Shown here: piece by piece, positions 1 through 5,825 of the stretch
How the letters are laid out: each line of letters starts with the position of its first letter
Numbering within the stretch: the first letter of the stretch is position 1
NCBI GenBank assembly: GCA_018985225.1
Contig: JADGIF010000390.1
Location: forward strand, 1 to 9,456
Direction of reading: 5' to 3'
Source: Amoeboradix gromovi X-113
Lineage: Eukaryota; Fungi; Sanchytriomycota
DNA length: 9,456 nt
Program-made: the position numbers and the translations under genes
The notes under the pieces: generated by a model
Database searches by the model: none
Seen by the model: only the letters and a program-made list of their open reading frames with translations
Told to the model about the DNA's origin: nothing

Positions 1-1
1 T

Positions 2-79
2 AGGAAAGAAGAGGAATGGATAAAAACTTGTCGCATAGTGTATAAATGTCAAGTTATGGGATCTTTTCTACTTGGCTAG
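2..79 (+). CDS. Possible 3' end of an upstream gene entering the window (RKEEEWIKTCRIVYKCQVMGSFLLG*)
   Basis: Open from the window edge for 25 codons to TAG at 77-79, convergent with TRM3, which fits the gene density. No recognisable motif, so it could be chance. Confidence 0.2.
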   Translation, partial: RKEEEWIKTCRIVYKCQVMGSFLLG

Positions 80-144
80 ATCCACAAGTTGTTGCAGTGC
101 TTGTTAAGATTAGTAAATCTATATTTGGCTCTAAATTAAATAAT

Positions 145-150
145 TTTATT
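145..150 (-). terminator. Putative polyadenylation signal AATAAA for TRM3
   Basis: TTTATT on + strand, which is AATAAA 2 nt after the TAA stop on the - strand. Confidence 0.45.
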
Positions 151-152
151 GC

Positions 153-3100
153 TTATTCTACATGCTGTCTCATGTATTCATACAAAAGCATACTAGTTGC
201 TGTGTTCACATTCAAAGATTTTGTTACGCCATATTGTGAAATCTCAACACAAACGTCTACCATACTCAAGAGCCCATTCGGTATCCCCTTTGTCTCATTG
301 CCCATTAAAACCACTATTTTACTTGGTATCTCATACTTGCCTAATATTCTGCTGTTATTGCTTTGCTCCAGTGCTAAAATGGTATACCCATCATTCTTTA
401 GCTCCATTAGATATTCCTTAATATTGGACCTACCAACCTCTTTAACTGGGATCCAGTTCTCACTACTGACACTGACATTCTTAAACTTACTATCTTTAAG
501 AGTTTGAACATCATTTACCACTAGTTGCTCCATCAGAAACACTTCACATGTTCTGCACAATGCTGCCAAGTTCCCAGGATTATCTATCAAGGATCCAATG
601 ACTACAACATTATTGCGCTTCTTAATCGCCATGTCCATTTCTGTGGTTTGTCGCGAGAAATCAAATTCCTGAACGTGACTAAACTTACGCTGGATATATA
701 AACCATCTACTTCCCACGCTTCAACTGCTTCTAACTGGTCCGGGGTCAATTTCATATACTTACGAATATCTCTGTTAACACAAGCTTCTTTGAAGGTAGA
801 CAATCCAATCACTTCTGTAAAATCAAATTTCATGTACAGAGGAATCAAGTTAAATAACATTTCCATATTTAGGTCGTTTACATAATGCAAATGGCCCATC
901 ATATAGTTTTTATAAATGCACTTTTCAAAGTTCTTGTGAGTAAGGGAGTTGAACGAATTCTTGATAGCAATCAATGCAGTTTGGATCGGGCTCGTATCTG
1001 AGCTAGCTGATGATTCATATAATCGGTAAACAATGTACTGCACATGCACTCTTGTAGCATAATGACTATTAGAGCAATAGTGAATTATGAACTTGTCAAT
1101 TATTGGACTAGTAATACAATCACCAGCTACTATAAATCGTATCATAATACCAGCAATACTGATCACTGACTGCACATGATCATTATAGCCTATAAGAGTA
1201 ATTAGCTGATCCATATAATCAACCTTGTTACAGATAAAGCAGAGTATCCATTCAATAAAGACCTTGATTTGCAAGTTTTGTTCTCTCGTTAGTAGCTCAA
1301 CAAACTTCTTAAAATGAGGGACAAGTACTGAAGTATCGCTCCTAGACTGAACAAGTATTGCCATATAACACCTGACCTTGGTTTTAAATGCAATTCCAGT
1401 AGAACCGTCTCTAAGAGGATACAAATCATCGTTGCTCAAGATAGACAAGTATTGGCTAATAATTCTACTAGAGGCAGTACAGTGTTTTATAGCTAATATT
1501 CTAGTGTTCTGGTCACTTTGCAGTATACCAGGTATTTGAGAGGACTTTGTAATTAACGCTTCATTGTAAAGTGTGTAAAATTCCCTGTTGGGTCCAAAAA
1601 TAGTGAAATCAACTATATAATCAAGGCTGTTAGGAGCATTGATGAGCTCTTTCACCATGATCTCACTGATATATGGTGTTTTGTTGCAATAATGTAACAA
1701 AATAGATTTAATAGTTGTTTTATCGGTATCCGTTAGATTATAGGCTATAATGAGATGCAAAAGTTGCCTTACTAGTGAATGCTTGTTATTTAGTTGCAAT
1801 ACCTCTATAGATTTATGAATTATTGCAATTAGTACATTCAAATTAGCATCAACACACCTATTATGTATCAGAGTCCTTACAAACTCACAGCAAGCATACA
1901 TGGAGCTAGATTGCACATCTACTAGGTCCAATATCTCCTGGCAAGTAAAAACATCATTGGGGGTGATTAGACTAGTAGCACACTTGAGTTTAAATTTGTA
2001 AATCCAACCACTCAACTCCTTATGGGCATCTAGTTCATAATTAAGCACTTGCTTGCATGACAATGATCCCTTAACTAAGAATACCAGAGTATTCAACAAG
2101 CTATTGTTATGAGAATGATCTAATTTCTCATCTTTAACGTAAACAAGTTTCTGATAGTCCAACAAAAGATTACCGTATTCCATTAGCCTATCAAGATGCG
2201 TCAAGTCGTCCTCTTGTATCTTGTTTAGTAGCCACGAGATGCTATAGTCATTTAGTATATTGGTACGAAATTTATCTTGCATCTGTTTATTCATCTTCAG
2301 CAGCCCTAACAATATACTTGGATGAGTGTTAGGTTTCTTCTCAAGTATTTCTACTTCATCAACCAATGATTGAATCAAAATCGGACTAATAGTATCATAA
2401 AAATTAGCATAAACAATATTTAACAAAATAGAAAAGTTTTTAAAAGTTTGCGAGGAATAATGAAATTGAACATCTTTAATACAGGCCAGTCCCAGCAGTA
2501 GAATGGATTCAGAGCATTTTGACCAAATGCTATATGATTGTAGAATGTTGTATTGGCTCATGATATTGATCAGAGACATGCAGAGCTCTTTGGATATTAA
2601 AATATTGCTAGAGTCTAGTACTTGTATCGTTTGTGACACTACGCTCTTGACTAGAATCAATCTGCTGTTAAAATAATGGGTTTTCAACAAATACAGCAGT
2701 TTCATGAAAGCTTGCTCATTTTGAAGGATAGGACAACATTCAATAGCATCTATTATACCTGACAGATAAAAATATAATGCCAAATGAGAGCCAAAGTGCT
2801 CTGCGAATTGCAGCAACTCTTTAAACCTATAATACTGAGACTCAGAATTGACTATTAATTTTCTAATAAAGACACAAAACTTATCGCCAAACTCAGAATA
2901 CAAGTGACCAACGCCTTGGCTTGTAAATATGCCATTGTCGTCTAAATATTTAAACAACTGCTGAAAAAGAAAACGATGATCCAGATCATACAACTGGGAT
3001 CCTACCTCCGAGGTCAAGATGAATATGGCGACACTCTTACGAACTCCATTAGATCCATTTTTTAGACCCCTGTTCAACAATGAGATGATCCATTTTATCA

Positions 3101-3704
3101 TCTTAAGATTTGAGTTATATTTGGACCACAAGTACAAAATGTTAGGAATTATCTGCTGAAAAAGATGAAATTGTTGCTCTTGAATAACATTACAGCAAAC
3201 CATAAACATTTCCCAGTCGTCTAATATTTCTGGACGATAAAAAAATTTTTCAACTTCAACCACTTGGCCATTTAATGCGTCAATAGTTTTCTCCAAGAGG
3301 TAGTATGACATCTTCCTAACTTTCATATCATCATCGCATAGTCCATAGCGAATTATGTCATAGTAAAAACCGTTAAACTTGAAATGATCGTTGAAATTAT
3401 GAAAATTTACAATCAACAATACAATTCTATTGTTCGAGCATACATGGTCATTAATTACTGATTCTGCATATTCTAAATCATTTTCCAGCCAGGTTACCAC
3501 ACTTTGAGGCAATTCATCAATGTATTTCAAACCCCAACTCTTTATTTCTTCACACAATGAATTTTCATTAACAAGTAGATATTTTTTGATCTCCTCAATT
3601 AGCTCCTCTTTGTTGTTGCGCTCTGAGATCTCGTAGTGGTACTTGTATGGCATGCATAGCTGTTTACAGCAATGAAAAGTTTTTTTCATTTCAGATGTGG
3701 TCAT
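153..3704 (-). CDS. TRM3: tRNA (guanosine-18-2'-O)-methyltransferase, Trm3/TARBP1 family (long N-terminal helical region plus C-terminal SpoU/SPOUT domain)
   Basis: 1183-aa uninterrupted ORF. The C-terminal ~150 aa (nt ~156-614) carry SpoU motifs: VVIGSLIDNPGNLAALCRTCEVF, VSVSSENW, ILALEQ, VVLMGNETKGIP, CVEISQYGVTKSLNV..A....YEY.RQH. RTCEVF, EQ and YEY.RQH together with a >1000-aa N-terminus are typical of eukaryotic Trm3/TARBP1 rather than bacterial TrmH. The exact start Met is uncertain because several lie near the N-terminus. Confidence 0.93.
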   Translation of the reverse strand: MTTSEMKKTFHCCKQLCMPYKYHYEISERNNKEELIEEIKKYLLVNENSLCEEIKSWGLKYIDELPQSVVTWLENDLEYAESVINDHVCSNNRIVLLIVNFHNFNDHFKFNGFYYDIIRYGLCDDDMKVRKMSYYLLEKTIDALNGQVVEVEKFFYRPEILDDWEMFMVCCNVIQEQQFHLFQQIIPNILYLWSKYNSNLKMIKWIISLLNRGLKNGSNGVRKSVAIFILTSEVGSQLYDLDHRFLFQQLFKYLDDNGIFTSQGVGHLYSEFGDKFCVFIRKLIVNSESQYYRFKELLQFAEHFGSHLALYFYLSGIIDAIECCPILQNEQAFMKLLYLLKTHYFNSRLILVKSVVSQTIQVLDSSNILISKELCMSLINIMSQYNILQSYSIWSKCSESILLLGLACIKDVQFHYSSQTFKNFSILLNIVYANFYDTISPILIQSLVDEVEILEKKPNTHPSILLGLLKMNKQMQDKFRTNILNDYSISWLLNKIQEDDLTHLDRLMEYGNLLLDYQKLVYVKDEKLDHSHNNSLLNTLVFLVKGSLSCKQVLNYELDAHKELSGWIYKFKLKCATSLITPNDVFTCQEILDLVDVQSSSMYACCEFVRTLIHNRCVDANLNVLIAIIHKSIEVLQLNNKHSLVRQLLHLIIAYNLTDTDKTTIKSILLHYCNKTPYISEIMVKELINAPNSLDYIVDFTIFGPNREFYTLYNEALITKSSQIPGILQSDQNTRILAIKHCTASSRIISQYLSILSNDDLYPLRDGSTGIAFKTKVRCYMAILVQSRSDTSVLVPHFKKFVELLTREQNLQIKVFIEWILCFICNKVDYMDQLITLIGYNDHVQSVISIAGIMIRFIVAGDCITSPIIDKFIIHYCSNSHYATRVHVQYIVYRLYESSASSDTSPIQTALIAIKNSFNSLTHKNFEKCIYKNYMMGHLHYVNDLNMEMLFNLIPLYMKFDFTEVIGLSTFKEACVNRDIRKYMKLTPDQLEAVEAWEVDGLYIQRKFSHVQEFDFSRQTTEMDMAIKKRNNVVVIGSLIDNPGNLAALCRTCEVFLMEQLVVNDVQTLKDSKFKNVSVSSENWIPVKEVGRSNIKEYLMELKNDGYTILALEQSNNSRILGKYEIPSKIVVLMGNETKGIPNGLLSMVDVCVEISQYGVTKSLNVNTATSMLLYEYMRQHVE

Positions 3705-3819
3705 CCCTTGATTTCAGGTCGTCTCAATAATAAAGTTGATAAACATCAAAAACATAACCCACTACACTTGAAAGTGGTCTAAGAAATGATTAAGCAGAAA
3801 TCAAAGACTCACTTTCACG
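3705..3819. promoter_or_regulatory. 115-bp divergent (probably bidirectional) promoter between TRM3 and TAP42, containing an inverted repeat
   Basis: The genes are head-to-head. TGAAAGTGGTCT (3769-3780) pairs with AGACTCACTTTCA (3805-3817) with one bulge, and inner TGATT (3787-3791) pairs with AATCA (3799-3803). Confidence 0.55.
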
Positions 3820-4695
3820 ATGTTAAAAATCCGCGAAACAGTAATAATGGATGCTCTAACTGTTGAGTCGTCAATTGATGTCCATCAACTAGAATTGCTT
3901 AAGAGTAAACACATCTCGCTATCAAATGAAGATCTTGAAGAATTGAATGAAGAGGAACTTATGGAGTTAGTGTATTTAGGAATGTTGGGAAAAGGTTGCT
4001 ATGCAAACAATGAATTGAAGAATGCTAAAGAATATTATCTCCATTTTTTGGAGTATTTTAATAGCGAGAGCTGGAAGATGGATAAAAAATGGATGAACTG
4101 GGAGAATCAAAATAAGAGAGAGATTAAAATAGCTACTGGACTTAGAAGACTTGAAGTTATAAAAAAATACAAGAATGTGACGCTGGCTGATCTAGTTGAA
4201 TGGATCAAAGCAGAAAAGGATGATATAAAGTCTGTTCTAATGGAAATTCTAGAGCTTTTGGTAATTCATTCTGTTCAGGACCTGTACATGATTGATTTGG
4301 AGCTTCAAATGCAAGAAATTGCAACCAAAGTTCCTAATAACACTCCTGTTGATAGCACTATTACTAAAATGGCCACTACTGGTCCTCTGTTATCCCAGCA
4401 AGGTAAGTTGTTACGGCCTTTTACTTTACTAAGTGAAAAACAGCGTAATATATTCAAACCCTCTCACAATCTTCCCACCATGACCATAGATGAGTACATT
4501 GAAGAAGAGATTCAGCGTGGAGGAATTGTACTAGATAGAAAAGATACAGCAATTGATCTAAAAGATATGGGCTATGCCTTGGACGAAGATCAAGATTGGA
4601 ATGCCATTGAGGACCAACGTCAAAAAGATATTCAGTGGGACACCTTTAAAGATGAAAACCCTAGAGGACATGGAAATAGGATAGGAAAAGGTTGA
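3820..4695 (+). CDS. TAP42: Tap42/alpha4 (IGBP1) family regulator of PP2A-type phosphatases (TOR pathway)
   Basis: 291-aa ORF with family motifs GPLLSQQGKLLRPFTLL, IFKPSHNLPTMTIDEYIEEE and C-terminal WDTFKDENPRGHGN. The N-terminal half is divergent. An alternative in-frame start is the ATG at 3847 (MDAL...). Confidence 0.92.
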   Translation: MLKIRETVIMDALTVESSIDVHQLELLKSKHISLSNEDLEELNEEELMELVYLGMLGKGCYANNELKNAKEYYLHFLEYFNSESWKMDKKWMNWENQNKREIKIATGLRRLEVIKKYKNVTLADLVEWIKAEKDDIKSVLMEILELLVIHSVQDLYMIDLELQMQEIATKVPNNTPVDSTITKMATTGPLLSQQGKLLRPFTLLSEKQRNIFKPSHNLPTMTIDEYIEEEIQRGGIVLDRKDTAIDLKDMGYALDEDQDWNAIEDQRQKDIQWDTFKDENPRGHGNRIGKG

Positions 4696-4696
4696 T

Positions 4697-4702
4697 AATA
4701 AA
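4697..4702 (+). terminator. Putative polyadenylation signal AATAAA for TAP42
   Basis: AATAAA starts 1 nt after the TGA stop, within TGA-TAA-TAA-A. Confidence 0.45.
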
Positions 4703-4710
4703 TTGTGATA

Positions 4711-4998
4711 TCATAACTTACCTTTTTTATTTAATGCAATCAAGTCATCGCATCCTCCAATATTCTGTTGATTTATAAATATATTTGGGACCGTTCTTCT
4801 TCCTGTCTTTTGCTTCAAGTAATTCATTATTTCTGCCCCATTCGGTTCTATATCTAGCTCTACGCTCGTATATGTCTTGTTTAAGGACTCTAGTAAGCTC
4901 TTAGCTCTGCCACAGTATCCGCAATATGTTTTCGAAAACACCATTATTGCATTTGCTGCTATTAACTCTTCCACCTTGACAGCCACTTTAGCAGACAT
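4711..4998 (-). CDS. Dithiol (class I) glutaredoxin, active site YCGYC
   Basis: 95 aa with VFSKTYCGYC, cis-Pro motif RTVPNIFI, GGCDDL and terminal GKL. No obvious targeting peptide. Confidence 0.95.
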   Translation of the reverse strand: MSAKVAVKVEELIAANAIMVFSKTYCGYCGRAKSLLESLNKTYTSVELDIEPNGAEIMNYLKQKTGRRTVPNIFINQQNIGGCDDLIALNKKGKL

Positions 4999-5049
4999 TG
5001 TTAAAAGGAGTTTAAAAATTGAGATCGCTTACTGAAAAAAGAATATCCA

Positions 5050-5300
5050 GTTTGTTAATGGTCCGTAAGAAGAGATAGCGAGCAAGTATATGGCTCAACT
5101 CATAATGAGTTAGGCCGATGCAATACTGCTTTCATTCATGTCAGAGGAGCATTTTCTTAAGCTTGATGCCACAGACTTCAATACAATATTATGTCGTTCA
5201 ACCTTTCCATGCATTGCTGGCAGCGTATTAAGTCACTTTTTCATTTTTCAAATTCTCCGTTTGGTCCAAGAATATTTGACTTCATATTATCTTCCTCCTT
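5050..5300 (-). mobile_element. Possible decayed retroviral-type (rve) integrase fragment
   Basis: The minus strand from 5232 reads LNTLPAMHGKVERHNIVLKSVASSLRK, resembling the PxxNGxVERxNxxLK catalytic-Glu motif. ILGPNGEF lies just upstream in another frame (cf. SDNGGEF). Spacing to the other motifs is not canonical. Confidence 0.35.
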
Positions 5301-5819
5301 GAAAGTTCTGATTCCCGAGAATCAAAAACATCCACTGGCAAATTAACAATACCATTCACTCCGTTAGAATGATTGCTCACGCTTACACGCCCGGAGACGG
5401 GATTACCTTTGAGTTATTACTTAGATTTAACATATTCGAGATTAAAATACTGTTTCTATTTGTCATTTGAGCAACGAATATCAAGTATTTAAGCAATTAA
5501 AAAACCTGGAAAACACTTAATCTGTCAAGAAATTGTAATGTAATCACGAAAAATGTTTGATAAACGAACAACGATAGTTATTTTTCTAATCTTAAAGTAA
5601 GATCTTAGCAGTTCTACAATTTCTTATGCCAGCTCATAAGAAAGTCATGCAATGATTCCTGTAAGCAAATACGTTTCAAAGTGGCAATACCCAACACGAG
5701 AACAAAATTCTATATTTGTAACTTGGTAGCTTTTTTCCTTTCAAATGTTTTTAAATGAGGTTTTGGAGGCAATTTATAAAATATCATGCTCAAAAACAAG
5801 TATCTCAGTTTATGTGGTA

Positions 5820-5825
5820 TTTATT
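5820..5825 (-). terminator. Putative polyadenylation signal AATAAA overlapping the C2CD3-like stop codon
   Basis: The minus strand reads AAA-TAA-A, so the TAA stop is the core of AATAAA. Confidence 0.45.

Noticed and set aside
46-507. 153-aa + strand ORF and nested 197-421 ORF
   Set aside because: Antisense shadows of the conserved TRM3 SpoU domain, with no recognisable motifs.
3714-3716. TGA upstream of TRM3 (or the Grx stop TGA) as selenocysteine
   Set aside because: Neither TGA is at a redox-Cys position, and I saw no SECIS-like element downstream of either gene.
4661-4721. Perfect GTAAGT donor near the Grx 3' end with a possible CTAG acceptor (61-nt intron, - strand)
   Set aside because: GGTAAGTTA encodes the conserved GKL motif. 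Splicing would remove it and place an exon inside the TAP42 CDS.
5138-5302. 54-aa + strand ORF MSEEHFLKLDATDF…
   Set aside because: Short, no motif, and overlaps the putative minus-strand integrase relic.
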